64,000 nt of DNA from an uncultured Chloroflexia bacterium (GTDB taxonomy: Bacteria > Chloroflexota > Limnocylindria > Limnocylindrales > CSP1-4): contig CAVQJC010000002.1 of assembly GCA_963712745.1 (NCBI GenBank), positions 96,001 through 160,000 on the forward strand, written 5' to 3'. Within the stretch, counting starts at the first letter, position 1; each line of letters begins with the position of its first letter. Below the pieces are notes generated by a model. That model was given only the letters and a program-made list of their open reading frames with translations, was not told where the DNA came from and did no database searches. Of this stretch, positions 9,291 through 17,677 are shown piece after piece. Both the position numbers and the translations under genes were made by a program.

Positions 9291-10745
9291 CTACTCGGTC
9301 GTCGGCTCCAACGACTCGGGCGGCGGTGGCATCGTCCCGAAGTAGATGCCACCCTCGAACACCGACCTGACTCGGCTGGCCTCCTCAGGCGTCCTCTCGG
9401 CCAAGACCGCGTAGAGGCCCTCGTAGGCTCCGTGCCCGGTGAGGACGACCAGCCCACGGCAGCGGTCCTGCGCGTCACAGTAGCCGCTCCAAGGACCCGT
9501 CCAGTAGCCATCGGGACCCTCGAGCAGCCAGGTGCTGCTGATAGCCACGCCGGACTCACCGTACGCCTCGAAGTTCGTAACACCCTCACCCTGGCTGGGC
9601 AGACGCGAGTCGCTCCACTCGTACGCAGCCGTGTGCTTGAGTCCGCGGCCGTGCCCGACCGAGCCGGGCTGGTCGACCGGGCCCTCTTCGGAGAACTCCA
9701 TCTGGGACGGGTCCGTGCCCTGCCACAGCATGGAGCCGGTGACAAGGGCGGTCGGATCGGTGGCCGGCTCGTCCTGAGCAGCCTCAGCCGCGACCACCTC
9801 ACCGGCCAGGAACTGGTCCACGTTGTCGGCGGTCACGAGGATCGTCTCGATGGGGATGAACGGTTCGACCGTCTCGCCGGCCGCAGCCGCGATGGCGGCC
9901 TCGACGGCCTTCTGGCCCATGAGCCGGGGCTGCTGGGCCACCGTCGCGTCGATGCTGCCGTCCTTGACCATCGCGAGGATGTCCGGTTCGGTGTCGAACC
10001 CGACGACCCGGACCTGGCCCTCCATGCCTGCCGCGGAAACCCCTTCGATGGCCCCATAGAGCATGCCCAGGTTGGCGGCGAACACGCCGCCGATGTCGGG
10101 GTCCTCCTCGAGTGCCTGCTGCGTCGCCCGGAGCGCCATGCCGTATTCGAAGTAGGCCGGTGCCTGCACCACGCGGGTGATGCCGGGAGCGGCATCGAGC
10201 GCCTCCTGGAAGCCCTCGCTGCGCCGCGCACCGGACGACACCGCCATGTCACCCTGGATCTCGACGACCTTGCCAGCGCCACCCATCGTCTCGAAGAGGA
10301 ACTCCCCGGCCATCCGACCACCGGCCACGTTGTCAGAGGCGATGAGCGAGGCCACCGTGCCGCCACTCGCGGTGCGGTCCACGGCGAGGAGCGGTATCCC
10401 TGCTGCGTTGGCGGCCTCGACGGAAGCCACGATGGCGTCAGGGTCGACAGGGGTGATGATGATGGCGTCCACGCCTTTCTCGATGAAGCCGCGGACATGG
10501 TTCGCCTGCGTGGTGGGGCTCCCCCAGGCGGTCTCGACGAGGAGATCGACCCCAGCCGCCGCGGCGGCCTCCCGTGCGCCCGCCTCGATGTCGCTAAAGA
10601 AGCCGTCGTCCTGGAACACGTTGGTGAACCCGATGGTCGTGCTCGCGGCGGATGGCTGCTCCGACGACTCCTGCCCTGCTGCCGGCAGCCCGCCCAGCGC
10701 CAGACACAACACGATTGCCGCACTCGCGGCCCACATCCTGCGCAT
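9291..10745 (-). CDS. RbsB-like sugar-binding protein fused to a C-terminal GxGAYEGL domain
   Basis: Signal peptide; GVDAIIITPVD, AGIPLLAVDR, IASDNVAGG, VVGFD, ATVAQQP motifs; about 150 extra C-terminal residues. Confidence 0.88.
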   Translation of the reverse strand: MRRMWAASAAIVLCLALGGLPAAGQESSEQPSAASTTIGFTNVFQDDGFFSDIEAGAREAAAAAGVDLLVETAWGSPTTQANHVRGFIEKGVDAIIITPVDPDAIVASVEAANAAGIPLLAVDRTASGGTVASLIASDNVAGGRMAGEFLFETMGGAGKVVEIQGDMAVSSGARRSEGFQEALDAAPGITRVVQAPAYFEYGMALRATQQALEEDPDIGGVFAANLGMLYGAIEGVSAAGMEGQVRVVGFDTEPDILAMVKDGSIDATVAQQPRLMGQKAVEAAIAAAAGETVEPFIPIETILVTADNVDQFLAGEVVAAEAAQDEPATDPTALVTGSMLWQGTDPSQMEFSEEGPVDQPGSVGHGRGLKHTAAYEWSDSRLPSQGEGVTNFEAYGESGVAISSTWLLEGPDGYWTGPWSGYCDAQDRCRGLVVLTGHGAYEGLYAVLAERTPEEASRVRSVFEGGIYFGTMPPPPESLEPTTE

Positions 10746-10765
10746 GACCCTACCCCCCCCTCACT

Positions 10766-10841
10766 TGCGCGGGCCGGGTCCGCCAGTGGCTTGGCACGGT
10801 CCCGGCGGCCAGGGTATGGGCCGTGCCTCATCGCCTCCCGC
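10766..10841 (-). promoter_or_regulatory. Conserved structured 5' leader, copy 1
   Basis: 70/76 identical to 12377-12452, in the same position upstream of a secreted-protein gene. Confidence 0.6.
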
Positions 10842-10965
10842 GTATGCGTGGATTCTCCCACTCGTGGCTATCAGGTCAGCCTGAGACCAGGTACCGGCTG
10901 CGTATCCACCAAGTGCGAGATGGGCCCAAGGGCGGCGGTGCTGCGGGACGCGCTGGGAATAAGAT

Positions 10966-10993
10966 GAGGCCCGCCCCTCGTGGGACGGGCCTC
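10966..10993 (-). terminator. Intrinsic terminator-like hairpin, copy 2
   Basis: GAGGCCCGCCCCTCGTGGGACGGGCCTC downstream of the 11031 stop, with a U-rich tail on the minus strand. Confidence 0.65.
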
Positions 10994-11030
10994 TTGGTCT
11001 TCGCATCGCCGGCGAGGTGCGGTCCATTGA

Positions 11031-12356
11031 TCAGGACTGGGGTGGGCTGAGGAGAGCGACAGAGACGAGGTCGTCGCCATCGTCAGTACCTGAGACGGTC
11101 ACGACCAGGCGGTCGCCGGCGACGGCCATGTCCACGTCGTAGATCCACATGCCAGCCACAGGCAGTATCGGCTGTGCCTCCTCCAGTGCCCAGTTGGTGC
11201 CGTCACTGGATGCCCAGAGCGCCAGCAGGTCGCCGTCCTGGCCCCCTTGCGCGCTCGGGCCCACGAGCAGGGCGAAGAAGTGGCCGCCCTGGACGGTGAG
11301 GGCCTTCAACTGGCCGTCCACGGGACTGCCGTAGGCGACATGCCACTCGGTGCCGTCAGGGGTGAGCAGCATGGCCGAGCCGCACGGGTCCAAGCAGATA
11401 GGGGCATCGACCACCAGCCGCTCCGCCACTGCGGCGACCGAGGTGATCGCGCCATGGGGACGGGGCATCGCGCTCGCCTCCTTCTTCCACGAGAGCCCGT
11501 CCGGCGAGCGCCAGAGCTGCCCCCAGCAGGTGCCGTTCCAGGCCCAGGGGTCCTTGTCGAAGGCTGGCATGCAGGCCTGTCCCACGGCGACGACGCCGTT
11601 TGCCAACAGTCCGGCCCCGCTTTCCGTGCCCGCATAGAAGCCGAAGGCGTCGACGCCCCCAGCCGATGGATCCTCCATCGTGTCGATGTAGCCACCGATC
11701 TCGAAGACCTCCTTGGCCCTGGCCTGGGTCCAGGTCTTGCCATCCGGACTGGACCAGATGGCGGCGCGAGGTGCCTTCTCGAGGTAGATGACGCCGCCCA
11801 GCAGGTAGCCGTCGTCGGCACCGAGCATCGTGCGCAGCCGGGTGCCCGTCGGGAAGGCGTCCATGGCGGTGGCCCGCTCCCATGATGTCCCATCGTCCGA
11901 GCGCCAGACCGCCGATCGCTGACCACCCTGCTCGGCCACGCGCCCGAAGACGAGGAAGCCCGCAGGGCCGTACGTGACCCCTTGCAGGCCGATCTCCGGG
12001 CCGCTGGTGGTGGGCCGCATGATTCCGAGGTCGAGGCCAGACGAGCGAGGGTCCACGGCCTCCCAGGTGATGCCATCGGGGCTGGTCCAGGCCGGCCCCC
12101 AGCAGCGCGACGTCTCTCGTCGCCCCTGGATGCAGGCCCGCTGCCCGACCGCGACCATCGATGATGGCCCGACCGCGATGCCGACAGCCATGGTCGTGCC
12201 GATGGTCTGGGGCAGCACGGTGGCTGTCCAGCCGTTCGCGCTTGCCGTGGTCTCGCCCCGGTCGTCTTGTGCTTGAGCCACCGGAGCCAGCGCCGGCACC
12301 CCACCGATCACGAGGAACGTCAACATAGCCGCAGCAGCGGCCCACGGACTGCGCAT
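11031..12356 (-). CDS. Secreted Asp-box/BNR-like repeat (W-x-S-x-D-G-x-x-W) beta-propeller protein
   Basis: WTSPDGITW, WRSDDGTSW, WSSPDGKTW, WRSPDGLSW, WASSDGTNW; AAGGAGG RBS before ATG 12356; signal peptide. Confidence 0.85.
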   Translation of the reverse strand: MRSPWAAAAAMLTFLVIGGVPALAPVAQAQDDRGETTASANGWTATVLPQTIGTTMAVGIAVGPSSMVAVGQRACIQGRRETSRCWGPAWTSPDGITWEAVDPRSSGLDLGIMRPTTSGPEIGLQGVTYGPAGFLVFGRVAEQGGQRSAVWRSDDGTSWERATAMDAFPTGTRLRTMLGADDGYLLGGVIYLEKAPRAAIWSSPDGKTWTQARAKEVFEIGGYIDTMEDPSAGGVDAFGFYAGTESGAGLLANGVVAVGQACMPAFDKDPWAWNGTCWGQLWRSPDGLSWKKEASAMPRPHGAITSVAAVAERLVVDAPICLDPCGSAMLLTPDGTEWHVAYGSPVDGQLKALTVQGGHFFALLVGPSAQGGQDGDLLALWASSDGTNWALEEAQPILPVAGMWIYDVDMAVAGDRLVVTVSGTDDGDDLVSVALLSPPQS

Positions 12357-12376
12357 GACAAGCCTCCTTCGGCTCA

Positions 12377-12452
12377 TGCGCGGGTCGGGTCCGCCAGTGG
12401 CTCGGCGCGGCCCCGGCGGCCAGGGTGTGGGCCGCGCCTCATCGCCTCCCGC
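12377..12452 (-). promoter_or_regulatory. Conserved structured 5' leader, copy 2 (contains a 22-codon uORF, 12442-12374)
   Basis: Near-identical to 10766-10841; perfect 10-bp stem GGCGCGGCCC/GGGCCGCGCC. Confidence 0.6.
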
Positions 12453-12561
12453 TCTGCTGGGTATGACGCCACAGCAGTAGCAGGTCGTTCAAGAGGCGGA
12501 GGTCACGAAGGCTCGCGGCGCTGTTTTCAGGGGTCCGTGGCGCTGTCCTCAGTGCCCAGCC

Positions 12562-12671
12562 GTGGTGTCGAACTCGGTATCGCTGCGGTAAAGGAGGGGC
12601 AGACGCCATGGGTGTCTGTGTCTATCCCTATGGGGATCTGGCTCACGGCGCTGAGCGTGGAGGGTGGTCGG
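12562..12671. repeat. 110-bp dispersed repeat, copy A
   Basis: Ungapped 84/110 match to 13097-13206; partial third copy at about 9111-9174. Confidence 0.8.
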
Positions 12672-12697
12672 TCGGTGGTTCGCGTCCTCGAGGCCGG

Positions 12698-12985
12698 TCA
12701 GGGCAGTTCCCTGATGATGGTGGCCTTGAAGGGCGCGGCCAGCAGCCCCAGGAGACGGGTGAAGACCGAATCGTCCGCCATCGCATGCATCGACGCCACC
12801 CGCGCCTCGGGTGACTCCCACTCGGCGATCTCCACCAACAGGTCGGGATCGTCGAGCACTTCGTAGCGCGAGCTGCCGAGGTAGCCGGGGACGGGCTCGT
12901 CCGGGACGTGGCTCACGAGCAGTCCCTTGAGCTCATCGCGCCGGCCAGGCTGGGCCCGCAGCTCGATGATGACCTTGACCGTCAT
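12698..12985 (-). CDS. Antibiotic biosynthesis monooxygenase (ABM) family protein
   Basis: ELRAQPGRRDEL...PGYLG...IAEWESPEA pattern, about 95 aa. Confidence 0.85.
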   Translation of the reverse strand: MTVKVIIELRAQPGRRDELKGLLVSHVPDEPVPGYLGSSRYEVLDDPDLLVEIAEWESPEARVASMHAMADDSVFTRLLGLLAAPFKATIIRELP

Positions 12986-13096
12986 GTCTGACCTCACCTA
13001 CGCGGACGCGGTCGACTCCTCCGCCATCCGGGGATGGAGCATAGGGCGTGGCGAGCAGCCCACCAAGAGCGCATCCCCTGTTCCCTGGGCACCGCT

Positions 13097-13206
13097 GTGG
13101 TGTCGAAGTCGGTGTGGCGCAGCTCGAGCAGGGATAGATGCCCATCGTGTCGGTCTCTATCCCTGGATGGATCTGGCTCGCGGCGCTAAGCGTGGAAGGT
13201 GGTCGG
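13097..13206. repeat. 110-bp dispersed repeat, copy B
   Basis: Matches copy A; central stem CAGGGATAGA/TCTATCCCTG. Confidence 0.8.
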
Positions 13207-13247
13207 GTGGCGGTCGGGTGGTGGCCTGGTTGGCGGCTGCCGCGCCC

Positions 13248-14105
13248 CTACTCCGTGCCCGCCACGGCCTCGGGGGTGATGACGTAGGTGTCGACTCCCG
13301 ACGAGCCGTCCTGCGACCGGGCCACCGCCCAGACGCTGCCGTCGGGAGCGATATCGAAGTCCGAGATGCATCGCCCGGCTAGGTAGGGGGTCCATGTATC
13401 GCCGTCGAAGCGGGCCAAGCCATCGCAGTCGCCTCCGTCGTTCGTCACATTCACCCAGGCGCCGCCGTCTGGAGCGACCTCGACGACCGCCATGCGCACC
13501 TGGAAGACATAGGGCTGGCCCCATGGGCCGACGCCATCGGCGTCGGTGAAGACGGTCCAGCCGGAGCCGTCGAGACGGGCGAGGCTGTGATGTAGTTGCC
13601 CCAAGTCACCGGCGGTCCACAACGTGCCGTCGGGACCGACATCGAACGTCCTCCCTGGCTGAGACGACCAGTCGATGCCATCGGGTGAAGGCACGACCTG
13701 CCAGTCGGTGCCGTCGAAGCGCAGCAATGTCCCGACGGCAACTTCACCTTCGTGCGAGAAGACCAGGAGCCACGCCATGCCGTCGTCGTTCACCGAAAGC
13801 CCAGTGACATCGTTGCCGTACACGTCGGCCCAGTCGCTCCCGTTATCCCACCCTTCCGGCGGTGTCCACGAGAGGCTATGATCGCCGACCGCCCACACGG
13901 TGCCGTCGCCCCCGACCGCGAGGGCCGAGAGGTCGCAGCACATGTCGTCCTCCGCCCACGACCCGCCATCGAACACCCGGAGACCCCCCAACGCGAGGGT
14001 CCATAGCCGGCCATCGGGGCCCGCCTCGGTGTTGGCTTGACCGATCTCCACCAAGCCGGGGTCGTAGCTCCAAGACGGAGCCGCGCCCACGCACGCCGCG
14101 CTCAC
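13248..14105 (-). CDS. Beta-propeller repeat protein (possibly N-terminally truncated)
   Basis: Repeated GPDGRLW / GDGTVW / APDGSVW and RFDGxxW blades. Confidence 0.8.
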   Translation of the reverse strand: MSAACVGAAPSWSYDPGLVEIGQANTEAGPDGRLWTLALGGLRVFDGGSWAEDDMCCDLSALAVGGDGTVWAVGDHSLSWTPPEGWDNGSDWADVYGNDVTGLSVNDDGMAWLLVFSHEGEVAVGTLLRFDGTDWQVVPSPDGIDWSSQPGRTFDVGPDGTLWTAGDLGQLHHSLARLDGSGWTVFTDADGVGPWGQPYVFQVRMAVVEVAPDGGAWVNVTNDGGDCDGLARFDGDTWTPYLAGRCISDFDIAPDGSVWAVARSQDGSSGVDTYVITPEAVAGTE

Positions 14106-14184
14106 GTTCCCTCGTCCTCTTGGGTTTGGTCATCCCGACATCAAGGTGACGGTGGTGACCCACATGCTCATGCCGGGAGCATAT

Positions 14185-14211
14185 CCCGTAGCCTTAACCC
14201 CGTAGCCTTAA
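14185..14211. repeat. Direct repeat CCCGTAGCCTTAA x2
   Basis: Exact 13-mers at 14185 and 14199, about 60-85 bp past the tRNA 3' end. Confidence 0.75.
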
Positions 14212-14265
14212 GCAGCAGAGTCTGTCAACACCGAGGACGGTCCATCAGAGGCCATTGCACGCTCG

Positions 14266-14359
<94 letters not shown>

Positions 14360-14456
14360 CGCAGCGCGGCAGGATAGCAGCGCGAAGTCAGGTCCCTCGA
14401 GCGGCCTGCCGACGTGGAGGCGGAAGTCTGATAGGGCGCCGGCAACAGCCGACGGC

Positions 14457-16145
14457 TCAGCCCACCTCGGCCGGCTGCTGCACCGCGAGGTCGAATCCCG
14501 CCTGTTCGGCAGCGGCGATCATGGCGTCCACCACCGGGGCCATCACCCTCGGCAGCTCGGCGTCTTGTGGCTCTGCCCCAGAGCCTGCCGGTCCGCGGTG
14601 GAGCGGCCGGTACAGCACGATCTTCTGGATGACGCCGATGCCGTCGTCGACCTGCGCCCACTCGAGCGCCGGGATCGCCTGCCGCCACAGCAGCGCCACG
14701 AACGAGTCGCACGATACGAGCGCCCCCTCCCGCAGCGAAGTGAGGCCGACCGCGGCGCAGCCGGCGGTCTCGACGACGTTGTCGAACTCGTTCCGGCTCG
14801 TGGTGGGCAGGGAGTCTTGCAGCAGGGTAGCCACGGGCTCGCCGTCGAGGGTCACCTCGCACGTCACGGCACCGCTCCTGGCCACGCCCGGAGTGGCTAC
14901 GAGGCGACCGGCGGCGCCATCGAACAGGTCGGCCGAGGCAAGCGCAGCCACGACCTGGGGACCGCAGATGTCGGCGTTCGACTCCAACTGCCCGCATTCA
15001 GGTGTTCCCAGCGCGTCACCGACACTGTCGATCCCGAACAAGCCGGTGCGGAGGGCGAGGCCGATACGCTGCAACGGCGAGGCATTCGGCTTGGGCACGT
15101 TACCCTCAGGCGGGGCCACCGCGGCCGACCTGGCATCCGGGTCGTCGATGGTGAACAGGGCCCGGTACAGGCCCATGGCCGGGATCCGGGTCCACAGGCC
15201 CTCGACCGTATCGAGCAGCTGCTTCTCCGCGTCGTACGTCTCGAGCTGGAGCTTGGCCAGCTCCTCCGCGCTGAAGTCCCCGAGCGCCTGGATGTGAAGC
15301 TCCACCTGCCGGCGTCCGTCGCTCAGCGGCGCCGCGGACGTCCTCACGCACGCCACCGAGCTGAGGTCGAGGCCATCGCGGAACCGCTGGAACTGGCTCC
15401 CGCCCGGGGCGTAGACGACGTCGCGCGTGGGGGGCACCGGGGGGTCGGCGAAGGGCTTTGTGCCCTCGACCGTGATGCGGTGGTGGCGGGCCCACTTGTC
15501 CACCGGCACGACCATGACCATCACGCCGTCGGGCATGACGATGCCGCCGGCGCCCGCGGCCATCTCCGCGAACCAGGCCACACCGTCGGCGGTGACCGGC
15601 GAGCTCCCGTTCTGAGGAAAGAGCCGCCCGTCATCGAACCACACACCGCCCGAGTGGAGCAGGCGCGTGCCCGACGCCAGGTCCTGCTGCCTACCGGGCA
15701 CGGTCAGGTCTCCCCCACCGGCGAGGCCCAGGTGTACGACCGCGGTCTGATCTCCGTCGAGCGTGGGCGGGTCGGCCAGCTTGACCAGGACGATCAGTAC
15801 CGGCGTGCCTTTGGGCGGCAGCGTGCCCCAGCCGTACTCGCTCGCGACCAGCTCCTTGAGCCACGTACGCAGCTTGCTGGGCACCTCGATGAGACCGCTG
15901 GCAGCCCACTCGGCATCGGCCCCGTCGACGTCACCGACGGCATCCAGCGCTACATCCAGCTGCCCCGCCTTCAGCCCGGGGACGCCGCGGAGGTACTCGT
16001 GGACCTCGTCGACGGACGGCGTCTGCGCCTGTGCGGCAGATGGCACGACCGACATCGTGGCAACGAGCAGGGCCAACGGGAGGAGGGCAGCGAGCAGACG
16101 GGAACGGCGGGACCGACGGCCTCGTGCGCGACGGACAATGCTCAT
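14457..16145 (-). CDS. Secreted hypothetical protein
   Basis: Arg-rich N-region, hydrophobic core and AQA cleavage motif; long ORF with typical codon bias. Confidence 0.8.
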   Translation of the reverse strand: MSIVRRARGRRSRRSRLLAALLPLALLVATMSVVPSAAQAQTPSVDEVHEYLRGVPGLKAGQLDVALDAVGDVDGADAEWAASGLIEVPSKLRTWLKELVASEYGWGTLPPKGTPVLIVLVKLADPPTLDGDQTAVVHLGLAGGGDLTVPGRQQDLASGTRLLHSGGVWFDDGRLFPQNGSSPVTADGVAWFAEMAAGAGGIVMPDGVMVMVVPVDKWARHHRITVEGTKPFADPPVPPTRDVVYAPGGSQFQRFRDGLDLSSVACVRTSAAPLSDGRRQVELHIQALGDFSAEELAKLQLETYDAEKQLLDTVEGLWTRIPAMGLYRALFTIDDPDARSAAVAPPEGNVPKPNASPLQRIGLALRTGLFGIDSVGDALGTPECGQLESNADICGPQVVAALASADLFDGAAGRLVATPGVARSGAVTCEVTLDGEPVATLLQDSLPTTSRNEFDNVVETAGCAAVGLTSLREGALVSCDSFVALLWRQAIPALEWAQVDDGIGVIQKIVLYRPLHRGPAGSGAEPQDAELPRVMAPVVDAMIAAAEQAGFDLAVQQPAEVG

Positions 16146-16281
16146 ATCGGATCGACGCTCCCCTGCACCAGTTTGAAGACCCAAAGCATGGCCCGCAGCC
16201 TGCGCGCAGTCAACGTCCGGGACGACGGGCGACCAAAGGGCCACTGCCCCGTCAGGGGCGTGACGTTATGCTCGGCGCCTC

Positions 16282-17418
16282 GTGGATCGTCGCTACCAGC
16301 CTCGCGCTCTGGCCACCCTGCTCGCCGTCACCGTGCTGATCACCGCGGGCGCCGGCCCAGCCACCGCCCGGCCGCCCTCGGTCGACCCGGAGCTGGCGAC
16401 CGAGCTCCAGCTGCGCCTCGACCGCTGGCGGGTGAACCATCGCGCCCCAGGTGTGGCGGCTGCGGTACGGCTGCCCGATGGATCGCGCTGGGTCGGCACC
16501 TCCGGCAAGCGCGCGACCGGCAAGAGTGCCAGGGACATCAAGACCTGGACACCGTTCGCGGTGGGCTCCCTGACCAAGACGTTCATGGCAGCGCTCATCC
16601 TCCAGTTGCGCGAAGAGGGCCACCTGACACTCGGCTCCAGCATCGCACGCTGGCTGCCGGCCTATCCGAAGGCGCGCAAGATCACCGTGAAGATGCTGCT
16701 CAACCACACCAGCGGCATCTACGACTACTTCGCGCACCCCAGGTACGAGGGGCTCGTCTTCGGCCGGCCCAAGCACCGCTGGAAGACCAGCGAGATCCTG
16801 GAGCTGGTGGGGCCGCGCTACTGCGCGCCGGGCGCCTGCTACAGGTACTCGAACACGAACTATGTGCTGCTCGCCAAGATCGTCAAGAGGATCACCGGCC
16901 GCCACGCCGCGGTCGAGATCCGGCAGCGCTTCCTCAAGCCGCTCGGCCTGACCGACACGTTCTTCCAGGGTCGCGAAGCCGTCGGCCTTGAGCCGGCCAA
17001 GGGCTATCTCGCCACCACCTCGGGCTGGCGCGGCTTCTGGGATGGGACGCGGCTGCGGCCGCATACCTCGGGGGCCACGGTGGCAAACGCTGCCGGCGCG
17101 ATGGTCTCGTCGGCGAGGGACATCTCCGACTGGCAGGACGCACTCTTCGGCGGAGACGTCCTTTCCCCCGAGTCACTGGAGCGGATGCTCAGGTTCCCCT
17201 CCTCGGGCTACGGCCTGGGCATACGTCACGCCTATCTCGACGGCCAGCTGGGGTACGGCCACGGCGGTTCGCTGCGCGGGTTCGTCTCACTCATGTACCG
17301 CCTGCCGGACGAGTCGCTCGATGTGGTGGTGATGACGAACCTGGGCCGGGTGGACCTCCAGGGCCTGGCCGACAAGCTGACCCGCGCCGCGCTCAAGCAC
17401 GTCGAGTCCGGACCGTAG
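16282..17418 (+). CDS. Serine hydrolase, beta-lactamase / D-Ala-D-Ala carboxypeptidase family
   Basis: GSLTK (SxxK), LLNHTSG, YSNTNY, GHGG; signal peptide. Confidence 0.92.
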   Translation: MDRRYQPRALATLLAVTVLITAGAGPATARPPSVDPELATELQLRLDRWRVNHRAPGVAAAVRLPDGSRWVGTSGKRATGKSARDIKTWTPFAVGSLTKTFMAALILQLREEGHLTLGSSIARWLPAYPKARKITVKMLLNHTSGIYDYFAHPRYEGLVFGRPKHRWKTSEILELVGPRYCAPGACYRYSNTNYVLLAKIVKRITGRHAAVEIRQRFLKPLGLTDTFFQGREAVGLEPAKGYLATTSGWRGFWDGTRLRPHTSGATVANAAGAMVSSARDISDWQDALFGGDVLSPESLERMLRFPSSGYGLGIRHAYLDGQLGYGHGGSLRGFVSLMYRLPDESLDVVVMTNLGRVDLQGLADKLTRAALKHVESGP

Positions 17419-17677
17419 TCCTGTCCCTGTCCTCCTATGCCTGTTCGAACGGGTTCACGAGCGTCACACCGGCGATCTTCCGTCCGTGCTGGAGGTCCTC
17501 GGTCGACAGCACGGATGCGCCGGTCCGGGCGGCCCCGACGCGGTCCGGGCGGCCACGACGATTACGAGTGCGTCCCAGAGCGAGAGCCGATACCGCTGTC
17601 CGAGCTCGGGAGGCGGCGACGGCCGCCCTTCCCTCATCTGACCGGCCGCCCGGGTAGTCGACCCAGCAGCGACGCAG

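Noticed and set aside
10766-10841. Cobalamin or ZTP riboswitch (GCCACTG / ACTGGCGGA)
   Set aside because: Only short motifs match; the other conserved elements are absent.
10963-10993. Fluoride riboswitch (GATGAGGCCCGCCC resembles its 5' end)
   Set aside because: The 3' conserved part (GCUGAUG...CUAC) is missing, and the sequence forms a simple terminator hairpin.
12562-13206. Integron attC sites
   Set aside because: No RYYYAAC/GTTRRRY cores and no intI in the window; kept as an unclassified repeat.
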